From: Antedon mediterranea
Lineage: Eukaryota; Animalia; Echinodermata
DNA length: 64,000 bases
Direction of reading: 5' to 3'
Assembly (NCBI RefSeq): GCF_964355755.1
Contig: NC_092677.1
Span: 766,101-830,100, forward strand
Made by a program: the position numbers and the translations under genes. Below, piece by piece: positions 52,235 to 64,000 of the stretch. The notes under the pieces were generated by a model. The model saw only the letters and a list, made by a program, of their open reading frames with translations, did not search any database and was not told the origin of the DNA. The stretch's first letter is position 1. Each line of letters starts with the position of its first letter.

Positions 52235-52594
52235 AACTAGATTTGAACTCGTCACTACGGACGAGTTAGGTTATCCGCAGCGCAAAAGCCACGTGCACGT
52301 CATACGTTAGAATATTGCGCGCAGAAAAACGATTATGCCATTGAAAAAAATCTTAGTGCGCTCTCTATTTTGCGTCACGTCAAAGTGTATACGGTATACG
52401 CTATATACTGTATACGTACTACATACAGTTCAGAATAGGTGAAAAGAAGTGACCAAAGTTATTGACGCTTTTGAACATGATGACGTCATAACAATTTTAA
52501 AAATGGTAAATCATGCGAAAGATAATTGATTGACCTAGACAAAATAAAAAAATTGAGGGAAATGGAATACGGATAAGTAGAGATGCGCTGTATT

Positions 52595-52839
52595 TGTTGC
52601 GGACTTCTTTAATTGTGCGAGGAGCTTTCGAATTTGTTGCGGACTTTAATTGTGCTTAGCTCTTCTTTAATTGCGCGTTTTTTCTTTATTTGTGCATTTC
52701 GTTTTATATTTTCACGCTTTCTTTTGTTTATATGCGATTCCTTCTTTAATTGTGTGATTTCTTCTTTAATTGTGTGATTCCTTCCTTAATTGTGTGAATA
52801 TGATTTATATAGTGTGCGTGACAGTTGTGGGCCACCGTA
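52595..52839. repeat. Short-repeat-rich block (CTTCTTTAATTGTGYG motifs) ending GGCCACCGTA; possible end of an unrelated DNA element
   Basis: About 6 copies of TTTAATTG(T/C)G(C/T); abuts the truncation point of D8; no partner end seen in the window. Confidence 0.45.
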
Positions 52840-53356
52840 TAAAACAGAATATAACTGTATTTATGAAATATTCTAAATATGTTATACAGTGTAGGAAAGA
52901 TTAAATTACGAGACTTATTTTTTAATTCAATTTTTAACTTGAAGGAATCATGAAAATGTAATATAAAATAGTAATTTAAATCTAGTATTTTGTGCTGCCA
53001 CCAAGCATAGTTTTTTTTTTCACTTCTGGTCAACATGTATCATGTATGCATCCTCTGTCTGCTGAAAATAGACAATACGGGCATGCGCGAGAGTAGTTCG
53101 GGTTAAGCCACGCCCATTTATGTAAATTACCCACGTTCGTCATGGAAAAAAAAATTGGACGGGGGTAAATGTGATATATTTTATGTTGTGATTGGGTATT
53201 TAGTTATTTGGTAATGACTGAACATGCGCACTTTTTTTTTTATATTGAGTATTTGATTGGTTAAAATTTTCCATATATGACGTTGTTGCATAAAAGTTAA
53301 GATAGAGTAAAGTAGTTAGTTGGAAAGTCAATGTAAAGTCAAAGTGTTGGGAAAGG

Positions 53357-56300
53357 ATGTCGAAAGTACGGAAGATTTACATAGTCGAAAAATTCGAAAG
53401 GAGGGCATCTTCCAAGGGGCGGAGATCCTTCGCTGTTGGATCAGTATTGGAATGTGGCGATACAGAAGTAAGGAATTGCTTTATCAATGAGACAGAAAGT
53501 GTAGTAGCAGAACGGTTATATAACTTAGAAGTGGGGACAAAGGTTATGATAACCGAAGTGAAACCGAGCCTTGATAATAATTCGTTGAAATTAACAGACA
53601 AATCTAAGGTATGCAATTAATGTATTTTTTATTAAATTATTATTATTATTGTTTATTTAATAGGTCTATGTCTATGTTGATATAAAATAGAATCCGTGCG
53701 TCACTATTGTTCTTAAAAAACTAAAACGGTACTTATATATAATTATGATCCATGATAACAATTATAATACAATGTCATTTAATTAGATTTAGAAACCAGT
53801 TGATAACAATTGAATAATAAATAATAAACAGACGTTATTAACAGAATAGGGAGAAGAAATTGTTTATTATAAATTAATTTACTCATTGATTGTTTATTTA
53901 AATTTTGTCATGAAATTTGCAATTTGTAGCCTAGGCTATTGTTTATAACATTAAAAAAACATTTAAATTGACAAAATTATGATTGAGTATAATTCTTCTG
54001 AGTGTTAGGTCTATGTCATATTGCCAGTATAGGTTAATTGTAAATTCTGCTTTGTAAATACAATTTTCTGTTCAAGTACAAATTGAAGTAAGAAATTACG
54101 AAACTGTGGTAGGTGTACCCTATATATATTTTATTTTAATCAAACTTTTTCTTTTGTGATTTTAAGGTTTTGACAAACATTGCTGATTTTGATGTTAATA
54201 TAGAAGTTGTTCGTAATTTTATCAGACCACCGACAGTGTCAATGTCAACAGCTAGGGGAAGCCCGAAGAAAACGAGGCTATCTTTGAATGGGACAGTAAT
54301 GAAGGTAACATTTTCTTTTGATTTAATCTGGGGTTAGGCTTATAGCACAGTTGTGAAATTATGAGCTAGTTTCGTTTCGTACCTTACTTTTATTTCGACT
54401 CTAAATTTGTTAAGGAAAAGTAACAAATAAATCCTTTAAATTGAGTGATTTTCAGAGGTGTTTTTTGCACATGATTTGTAAATTTCCCTAATTGACATTT
54501 CTATGGAGCGCCAAAAAAGCAACTATAATATAGGGCTAAAAAAAATCAGTGGAATTCGTATGTTTAATACATCTATTGATGAAAATTACGTTCAATTTCA
54601 AAACAATTTAGTCAATTTCAATACAACTAAAATGTTACTCTTTATTAACTTTGAAGAATAAAAATCGACAAATTCATAATAATAAGGTGTACTGAGGTTT
54701 ATTTACCTCAGTGATTTAAATAATATACTTTTTAGTCTTAGTCCCGGGCATAGACTAATTAGTTATGCTGATTTAGGGTCGGTTAATGTTTTTTGAAAAC
54801 AGTACATTCTCAGAAGTAACATGTTACAACATTTTTATTGGGAAAAAAAATGGAAATCAAAACGTGTATTTCATAAATAGATGCATAAAAAGTAGACGCA
54901 TTCCACTGAGTTTTAAACCTCTATTATAGTTTCTCTTTTGGTGCTCCATATAAACGAAAATATTGAAGTTTGTGTATACAAAATTCGAAATTTACACGTT
55001 AGTAAAATCATTAAAACATTTTATTTGTTACTTTTTATGTGATTCTTCATACAAGTACTTTGAGCCTCAATTGTAAGGTGTGGTATTTATAATAAGTTAC
55101 TTAACAAGTTTGAAGTCGAAATAAAAACAGGTGCTTAAAGGAACTAGCGACGTTATGAACAGTTATAACTTTCGTACTTTGTTTAGACTTGAGGATGAAT
55201 GAATTTATATTATCATATTAGGATGCTTTATTTAGATACTCATTAATCAGTTTTACTATGCAATATGATGGAATATGATAAATAAACATTTGTTGTTTAT
55301 CATATTAAAGTAATGTATAGATATTCACCAGTAGTATAAATTAATTAAATTATAATTATAAACTATTAGACTATTAGTGTAGGTCTATTATAATTTGAAA
55401 ATTGTTAATTTGGTAATATAATTTTAATAATCAATTACTAGATTAAAAGAAACCCAAAAATATATAATATAGCACCAGTTTTAACATCACATGCCTTTGT
55501 TGTTTTTTTGGTTGGTTTAGGTTGGTGAACTTTACGAAACACCAAAGTATAAAAGAAGATTGTTGACATTAGGCAGTAGCCCAGATAATTGTATCGACGT
55601 AGTTTTGTGGGGGGAGACCGCCTCAAATGTGTCAAGTGATATGAAAAATCAAGAACTAACCCTATCAGCACTAGTAATGGAAGACAAAGAGTTGAGAAGT
55701 ACTCCATCAACAGTGTTGGAGGTATGCATTTTGTTTTATTACTTTTTGGTAAATGAATATGTAACAGTGGTTTTGTTTTTAGAATGAAAACAACATTGAT
55801 ATATTGAATAAATGTATAGAAAGTATTTTAGTGCCAATATCTATCAATAGCTTGGGAAGTCATATTGAAACATTGGAATATTTTGTTAGAAATTATTTAT
55901 AGGTTGTTTGAAAGTAATGTGTGATAGTGTTGTCTTAACTCAAAAAAGGAATAAAAAAACATAATATTTGTATATTGTTTTATATTTAGGTTATTTTTGT
56001 GAGAGATAAATATCAATTAGTTGTGTATATGTTGTAGATAAGGTTATTTTATATGTGTATTAAATCATAACCAATGTTCAATATATTTCATTTGATTTTT
56101 TTGTGCTGTAGGCTGGCGGAGTTAATTCAGTTGATGGTGTAATTGTGGCTGTAGGAGATGAAAGTGATGGGTATGTACTTTTTTGTAATGTTTAAATTGT
56201 TTATATTATATTTGGTGATTGTGATATAATTGACTTTGAAAAAATAATTTTTCCAAAAAAAATTGTGTTCAATATGTCATTTTAATATGAAATAATAGTT

Positions 56301-56700
56301 TAATGAAATTGGTGAAAAAAGTTATTTACCTAAAAATACCATAATTTAAGGCAAAAATAGTCAAAATGGTTGCTTTTGGTTAAGATGTGAAGATTTTGTT
56401 TCTTCTTTTTTTTATGAAAGTGATTACTTTCATTAAAGTCTAATGTTAATAATTTTTTTTTCTAATAATTTTTCATGTATTTGGGGGACAATGCATCTTT
56501 AAAATATTACATTTTATATCTATTTTGATTATTATAATGATTGTTTTGATTGCAGGTATCCTGTTGACATGTACATGGAAAATGACGCTCTACTACACAT
56601 ACCAGAAGATCTACATTTTGATTTCAATTTTAATTTGCCATGTCGTGTGAATTATTCTGCTAATAGTTTTGGGTGTATTACCGATATTCAATTTTTGTAA
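53357..56700 (+). CDS. Five-exon gene, 264 aa, RPA70-like OB-fold ssDNA-binding protein (probable Helitron accessory gene)
   Basis: Exons 53357-53608, 54167-54304, 55521-55721, 56112-56170, 56556-56700; all GT-AG, phases 0,0,0,2, open from ATG to TAA. Exon 3 VGELYETPKYKRRLLTLGSSPDNCIDVVLWGETA resembles the RPA1 DBD-B pattern KR.l.L.D......tLWGe.A. Gene structure is well supported; the fold call is by motif recognition only. Confidence 0.75.
54346..55165. mobile_element. Old palindromic (foldback/MITE-like) element in intron 2
   Basis: GCTAGTTTCG..TTTTATTTCGACTCTAAATTTGTTAAG (~54365-54415) is inverted at ~55100-55148; TATGGAGCGCCAAAA..AACTATAATA (~54502) is inverted at ~54923-54951. The left arm is also present in the paralog (~63710-64000). 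Confidence 0.75.
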
Positions 56701-56914
56701 GGTAACAGTTGTTTGCAAGTTTGTTTTAATGTGTTTTTATTTTATATATTTGTTGAAAAGTAAATTTAATGAGTTTGTACTTAAAATCATTAAATTTACT
56801 TTTATTATTTATTAATATACTGAATTAACATTGATTATTTAATAGACATATATGATAATCTTATCTACAAAATATACAATGCTAATTAATATTTTTTTAA
56901 AGTAATAAAGGAAA

Positions 56915-57365
56915 TACATACCTCCAACACTGTTGAAGGGTAGTTCTTAACTCCTTTTCTTCCATTATAAGTGCTGATATTGTTAATTTGATTTGTCATA
57001 GCACCCGACACACCCAAGGTTGCTTCCCCCCCCCCTTCCACCATATAACTACGTCGATACAATTAAGTAGGCTAATGCCTAATGTCAACACTTTTTTTTT
57101 ATTTTGGTGTTTCATAAGGTACACATTAATTGCGTACCTTAGATTTGTTTGTCAACCTCAATGAATTATTATCAAGAGTTGGTTTTAAGTTCGGTTATCA
57201 TAACCTTACTTCCCACTTCTAACATGAATAATTGTTTTGCTACTACAACTTCTGTCTCATTTATATAGCAATTTTTTACTTTGGTATTATTACTTTAAGT
57301 TATTGAACCAACACTGAATATCTCCACTTTTTGAAGATTCCCTCTGTTCAAATTTCTCAATTATA
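56915..57365 (-). pseudogene. Inverted, internally deleted copy of the RPA-like gene (exon 1, ~20 nt of intron 1, then exon 3 with donor)
   Basis: Reverse complement matches ..GATAATAATTCATTGAGGTTGACAAACAAATCTAAG|GTACGCAATTAATG, then ..GAAACACCAAA..TTGACATTAGGC..TCAACAGTGTTGGAG|GTATG; frameshifted. Confidence 0.85.
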
Positions 57366-57499
57366 ATTTTATCAATTTAAATGTTTAAAAAACAATATAT
57401 TATAAACCAACTAACCTACAAAGTTTAATAAACACTGGATATTAAAAACTTGAAATCTGAAATGTCTTTCAGCGCAAATTTTTAAGTAATCAATTTCAG

Positions 57500-60400
57500 T
57501 AAATTTTTTTTTTTAAATGCTGTATTTTGTTTCTAAATGAGGTAAATGATTAATGTAAATTTAATAATTTTGTATTTATAATCAGTGTAATTTGCTGCTA
57601 ATTTAGATAACTGTAAATTTTTTATTATAATCTTTGTATTTTGTTGTTAATTAAAATAATTTAAAATTAGTGTAAATGAGTTAAATGAATAATATAAATA
57701 TATTATTTTTGTATTATATAAATTTATTAAATTATAAATGAAAAAATTTAAATTTATATTAATTATTTATATTCATTAACAATAAATTACACTAACTATA
57801 AATACAACATGTAGGCTTCATGAAATATTTATTAGCAGCAAATTAGACTGATTATAAACATAAAAACATTAAATTAACATTAATGATTTAACTCATTTAG
57901 CAACAAGTCACTGATTTTGAGTAGAAAATCATTAAATTTACATTAATTATTTATTTAAACTAGTACCAAACTCAACTGATTATAAATACAAAATAATATC
58001 AATATGTTAAAGGGTGGTCTTACCATAGAGATATTATGTATAGTGAACTATAATATCTCTATGGTCTTATCTGTTATCTCTTTAATTTTGTTTACATTTT
58101 ATTTAGCCTTGAACATTACCAAAACAACCACACAATTTGGTAAAAAACAGAAATTATGCATTATAACATCCCCTGAAATTACCTGTTTTTGTTTGACATC
58201 ATGTTGCCTTTACATGGAAATCAAGATAAATTTAATAATTTTGTATTTATAATCAGTGTAATTTGCTGCTAATTTAGATAAACAATTTAAATTTTGTATT
58301 ATAATCTTTGTACTTTGTTATTAATTAAGATAATTTAAAATAAGTGTAAATTGTTGGTAAATGAGTTAAATAATGATGTAAATATAATAATTTTGTATTT
58401 ATACAAATTTATTAAATTATAAATACACTAATTATAATACAAAAAAACAAAACTGATTATAAATACAAAATAACATCAATTGAAGGGTGGTCTTTTCTGT
58501 TTAATTTAGTTTATATTTTATTTAGCCTTAAACATTACCAAAACAACCACACAATTTGGTGAAAAAAACCCAGAAATTATGCATTAAAAAATCCCTTAAA
58601 TTAGCTGTTTTTGTTTGACATCATGCTGCCATTATGTGGAAATCAATGTAAATTTAATAATTCTGTATTTATAATCAGTGTAATTTGCTGATAATTAAGA
58701 TTAACAATGTAAATTTTGTATTATAATATTTGTAGTTTGTTGTTAAGATAATTAAAAATCATTGTAAATTTGGGTTAAATGAAAAATATAAATACAACAA
58801 ATATTCAAAATAAACTGATTATAAATATAAAATAATATCAATATGTTGAAGGGTGGTCTTATCTGTTTAATTTAGTTTACAATTTATTTAGCCTTAAATG
58901 TTATGCGAAAACCAACCGGATTTTTGGGTACATAAACAAATTGTTATGTATCCATCTCCATGATATAAGCAGAAATAATTAATTTTGTTTGTTTGTTTTT
59001 TTACTGAATTCAATAAAAACTCCATACAAATTCTACAAGCTCAACTGTTGTAATTTGCTGCTAATTAAGAAAAATGATTAATGTAATTTTGATAATTTTG
59101 TATTTATAATCAGTGTAATTTGTTGCTAATAAATATTTATTGTAAATTTTGTATTTATAATTAGTGTAATTTATTGCTAATTAGTATAAATAAATAATGT
59201 AAATTTGAATATTTTTAATTATTAATCTAAATATATAATGATTTTGTATTTATAATCAATGTTTTTTTTTTTTGCTAATTACAGTAGATTGATTAAATGT
59301 AAATTGAAATCATGTTGTTTAATCAGTGTAACTTGCTGCTAATTAAGATAAATAATGTAAATGTTGTATTTAATCAGTGTAATTTTTTTTGGTAAATAGT
59401 TAAATGATTAAAGTATGATGTGAATTTGTTTATTTTTTGTACTTTGTTGTTAATTAAGATAATTGAAATCAGTGGTAAATGAGTTAAATGAATAATATAA
59501 ATGTAAATATAATAATGTTGTATTTATAATCAGTGTAATTTGTTGCTAATTAAGATAAATAATTAATTTAATCATGTTTGCACAAGATAACTATTAAATG
59601 TCATTATGATATGATTTAATTGTTTTAGTCATTTTTTTGATTTTATTTCATTTTATGTAAGCCGCTAGTCTTTACACAGTTATGGGGAAAATGGTAAAAT
59701 CAGCATTGTGGTCATATGATGTTACAAGAGTTTTGCAAAATCAGCACATCGTGGGGCGCGTCAAACTGTTCGTTAATAGGCTTGTTTTATGGTAAAACCT
59801 TTTAACTACCCGATAAGCTAACAATTTCAAGTTTTGCTAAATAGTGTAAAACCAGGTGGGTATAATAAACTAATAGCTAAAGGGTCAGTATCAATCTTAC
59901 CAACGTCGAGAAAAGCCGACAATGGAAAATGTCGTCTAGTCACAAATGTCGAGAAAGACCTTTCATTTGGTAGAAACATTATTCAGTTACTGTAAATGGA
60001 AAAAAGTTTTAACATGCACTTTGGTGAATGAGATATAAAAGTGTTTTTATTTTGAATAGTTGTGTTCTCTATACTGCTTATAACATAAATATGTAATATT
60101 TAGATTGAAAACAAAAAAAATATATATTGAAAAAAAAAAAGAAAATTGAAAAAAAAGAAAAATTGTTTTGGGGCATTTTTTTTTTATATAACCATGAATC
60201 TAAAAAAAAAAAATTAAAATGTAGCTTATTCAATAAGAACCATTTTTTCATATACTAACAGAAAGTGGTTTAAATTGTCAACAAAGGGAACTGTTTTTAA
60301 AAACGTGAAAAAATAATTAAAATAAAAAAGAATGCGTTTTAATGTGAATTGTGCTTAAAAAGAATCCGGTATGATAAGGCCGTGCTATTTATGTTATATT

Positions 60401-61260
60401 TTATGCCTAATAATTATCTAAATAGATTCGCGTATACACTCATCATGTTTGTTTATTTTTATGTAACGATTGTTTTTTTTTATTCAAGTCATAGTGTGTC
60501 AAATTTTACTTTTACAAAAGTGCCCAAACTGTTGGAAAGTTGTGCATCCGTATGCATCATATTTTTAAAATGAGAATGACAGTCTTCAACTTTCGATAAA
60601 CAATAAATTATATTGTTATAGCGACACTTATATTAGCAACGTACAGACTTTTCTCTGAGCGGCGTGGCAAAAAAATGTTTGACATTCCATTCTCTATGAA
60701 ATCAACACGTGTACTTCTCTTCCCAATAAACTGAACAGCGATAAAGTTCATTAACTGGCGGTGAATAAAAGGTAACTGATATGCCGATCAAATAACATGT
60801 GGGGTTGTTTTGGTATTGTTTAAGCATGGACGTATAATTTAGATATAGGTCCAAGGTTTAAGGCTAAATAAAATGTAAATTAAATTAAACAGAAAACAGA
60901 TAAGACCATCCTTTAACATATTTATATTATTTTGTATTCATAATCAGTTTAGTTTGGTGCTAGTTATAATAAATAATTAATGTAAATTTAATGATTTTGT
61001 TCTTAACATCAGTGTAATTTGTTGCTAAATGGGTTAAATGATTAATGTAAAGTTAATGTTTGTATATTTACATGTATAATCAGTGTAATTTGCTACTAAT
61101 AAATAATTAAATTTTGTATTATAATTAGTGTAATTTATTGGTAATGAAGATAAACAATGTAAATTTGAATAATGTTCGTATTTATAATTAGTGTAATTTA
61201 TTGATAATTTAAATTAATTATTAATGTCAATTTAATGATTTTTTATTTATAATCTGTAAT
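57500..61260. repeat. Very AT-rich degenerate repeats in both orientations (TTTTGTATTTATAATCAGTGTAATTTGYTGCTAAT motif), with a non-repetitive core ~59600-60850
   Basis: Motif recurs more than 10 times; block ~57800-58120 is inverted relative to ~60855-61100; ~400-bp higher-order units at ~58000-58900. Confidence 0.8.
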
Positions 61261-61267
61261 TTTTTGC

Positions 61268-64000
61268 AAATTACGAGACCCCTTTTTTAATCTAATTTTT
61301 AATTTGAAGGCATGATCAAAATGTAATATAAAAATAGCAATTTAAATCTAGTATTTTGTGCTGCCACTTAGCATAGTTTTTTTTTTCACTGCTCGTTACC
61401 ATATCGGGTAAATGTGATATACTTTACGTTGTGATTGGACATTTAGTTACTATTTTTGGTAATGACTGAACATGCGCACTTTATTGTTATATTGATCATT
61501 TGATTGGTTAAAAAATGTCCATCAATGACGCTCATGCGCAAAAGTTGCGGTATAGTAGTACGTAAACTAGTTAGTTAGTTGGATCAGAAAGTCAATGTGA
61601 AGCCAAGGTGTATGGATTGTCGAGAGAGGGATGTCGAAAATACGTAAATAATTGTATAGGCCTAGGCTAGGCCTAGTCGAAAAATTTGAACGGAGGGAAT
61701 CTTCCAAGAAGGTGCGGAGATCCTCGGTGTTGGTTCAGTGTTCGAATGTGGTGATACCAAAGTAAAGTATTGCTATATAAATGAGATAGCATGCAGAACG
61801 ATTATTCATGTTAGAAGTGGGAAGAAGAGTTATTTTATGATAACCGAAGTTAAACGAAGTCTTGATAAACATTCGTTGAGGTTGACAAATCTAAGGTATG
61901 GAATTATTATTAATATTAATGTATATTTTTTGTTATTATAGGCCTATTTGTTTATTTAATTTACAAAAGTGCCATTTATTTGTTATTAGGCCTAGCTAGG
62001 TCTGTCACACCAAAATCAGTCCGGGCCAAAATCGGTCCGGCGGACCAGTTTTGGCTGCCAAAATCAGTCCGGGGGACCATTTATGGCTGCCAAAACCTGT
62101 CCGGCCGGACTAATTTTGGCCGCCAAAACTGGTCCGGCCTGGATAAAATCGGTCCGGGCAGTAGGACTGCTTTTGGCCGCCAAATATGGTCCGATCTTGC
62201 AAATATATGGTGCGCAAAATGAGTCATAATGTATATATTATTTTAAAAGGCCATGATTAGTCATTATAATTTATATTGAAAACTACGGGGTTTTATTTGT
62301 TATTTTAATATTATAAATTAAGCCTGTTTTTTTATCATCATTATTACTATTAGTAGTAACTCATCAATAATTAGTACTAATTTTTAGGTTTTTTGTGTAC
62401 AATTAATTCTCTGTCTGTTTTTAATCCATTTTGTTCTTTTGTTTTTTTAACATCTTCGTTTCCCCATGATGTTAAAAACAATTTAATAATTTATTACTAA
62501 TTTATGGTTAATCAATCAATATCAATTCAGTACAATCATTATAAAACAATTATCCAATATTGATTAGGCTGAGGAAGGAAAAAGGCCTCAATCATAAAAT
62601 AATAAAATCTGGCTGGCAATATCAGCGTCTCATACCCGTTCATGTGACTGTGTGGCAGGCTGAAATATGAGTGAACACCTAAGTCATGTTTTTAGATAAA
62701 ATACATTTATTTATAGTATTTATCCGACAAGATAACTTACTTATATATCTCATGGGATATTTTTCTAGCCATAAACAACTTAAAACAGCATCATAGGCCT
62801 AGTAATTCAATTAAAATCGACAGAAGAAAAACCCGGACCGATTTTGGCAGTGGCGGACTGCTTTTGCCCACAACTTTAGAGCCAAAACTGGTCCGGCCGG
62901 ACCGATTTTGGCCCCGGACCATATTTGTTTGTCGTGACACCTTCTAGCTAGGCTACGTCTAGGCCTATGTATGTTAATATAAAATAAAATCAGTTAAAAA
63001 ACTAAGACGGTAGGCCTACCTAAATACTTAACCATGTTAACAATTATAATAGTGTAATACAATGTCATTTAATAAGATGTAGAAACCAGTTGATATATAT
63101 AAATAATTGAATAATAAACAGACGTTGTTAAAGGAATAGGGAGGAGTAATTGTTTTTTGAGGGGAAGGACATTTCAGTCTTGAAATTTCTAATATCCGGT
63201 GTTTATTTAAACTTTGTCATCATGGAATTTGCAATTTGTAGGCTAGTTGGAGGCCATATGGTAGGCCTAGGCCTATCTATATATAACATTGAAATAACAT
63301 TTAAATTGATAATATTATAATTGAAGTATAATTGTTATGCCATATTGCCAGTATAATTGTAAATTCTGAGTTGTATGATTTTTTTTTTTAATAAATAAAA
63401 TTTTCTGATGTTTGTTCATCAAATACAAATTGAAGTAAGAAATGACCAACCTGTGGAGTGTGGTGGTGTAAGCCTAGACCGCCTATATACATATTTTGTT
63501 TTAATGATTATTTTTCTTTTGTGTTAATAGGTTTTTACAAATATTGCTGATTTTAATGTCAATATGGAAGTTGTTCGTAATTTTGTCAGACTATCGACGG
63601 TGTCAATGTCAACAGCTAGGGGAAGCCCGAAGAAAACAGGGCTATCTTTGAATGGGACATTATAGAAGGTAATATTTTCTTTTGATTTAATCTAGGCCTA
63701 GGCTTATGTAGCACAGTTAGTTTAATGAACGGTGCTAGTTTCGTTTTGTACCTGAATTTTATTTCGACTCCAAATTTGTTAAGAAACTTTTTCCTGAATA
63801 CCACACCTTCGAATTAGACCTCATATATACTTTTACGATGTAGAGTTACAGAAAAAGTAACAAATAAATCCTTTAAATTGATGAATTTACGACGTGTTTC
63901 TTGCACATGATTTGTCAATTTTGCATATTGACGTTTTTATGGAGCGCCAAAAGAGCCACTATAATAGAAGGCTAAAAGTCAGTGAAATGTACGTGTATAG
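61268..64000 (+). pseudogene. Second direct copy of the RPA-like gene (upstream region, exon 1 61631-61895, exon 2 63531-63668), disabled; runs off the window
   Basis: Colinear with 52900-54560 including introns; exon 1 has indels and an AGGCCTAGGCTAGGCCT insertion; exon 2 has an in-frame TAG (ACA TTA TAG AAG). Confidence 0.88.
62000..62943. mobile_element. Non-autonomous TIR element (MITE, possibly Mutator-like) in intron 1 of the pseudogene
   Basis: TIRs TGTCAC..GTCCGGGCCAAAATCGGTCCGG(C)CGGACCAGTTTTGGC at 62003 and inverted ending GTGACA at 62939; flanked by the direct repeat CTAGCTAG(G); absent from the intact paralog's intron 1. Confidence 0.85.

Larger units (their letters stand above)
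40526..52590 (-). mobile_element. Right nest of non-autonomous Helentrons: 7 D and 3 E bodies
   Basis: Starts: D 40526 (CTA lost, degenerate hairpin), 41670, 42840, 43989; E 45155, 46679, 48204; E head ~49758-49807; D head 49823-49866; D 49869, 51016 (head 52191-52234), 52237 (truncated at ~52590). Confidence 0.88.

Noticed and set aside
1814-52255. Many recurring 60-107 aa ORFs in the repeat units (e.g. MKLEYVSGNF..., MYIFRDVII..., MICNNQLASR...)
   Set aside because: They recur only because the DNA is repeated; stops and frameshifts differ among copies and no protein motifs are recognisable.
56915-57365. Processed (retroposed) pseudogene
   Set aside because: Retains intron donor sequences after exon 1 and exon 3, lacks exon 2 and has no poly-A tail.
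61980-62222. 80-aa ORF with GPADQFW-like repeats
   Set aside because: Translation of the MITE's subterminal repeats.

Overview
AT-rich eukaryotic (metazoan-like) DNA that is almost entirely transposon-derived. (1) 1-1479: decayed LINE (AP-endonuclease end plus RT), minus strand. (2) 1480-29492 and ~40430-52590: 29 bodies (1.15-1.6 kb; two truncated) of five related non-autonomous Helentron families (HINE/DINE-1-like, labelled A-E here), all on the minus strand. The region looks like a satellite but parses as recursively nested insertions. Each new copy landed in the T-rich tract just behind the ~50-bp palindromic 5' 'head' of an earlier copy, so on + the bodies stack up and the heads follow in last-in-first-out order. 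Family identity and a linked SNP match that order. (3) 29589-37834: near-intact Helentron polyprotein (herpes-tegument-like deubiquitinase, OTU, 18-aa repeats, Zn finger, HUH Rep, PIF1 helicase, AP endonuclease) split by one homopolymer frameshift. (4) 53357-56700: a 5-exon, 264-aa RPA/OB-fold-like gene only partly seen by the ORF track. It is preceded by Helentron-like sequence and followed by an inverted deleted copy and a second direct pseudogene copy with a MITE. All calls come from reading the sequence by eye; no database searches were run.
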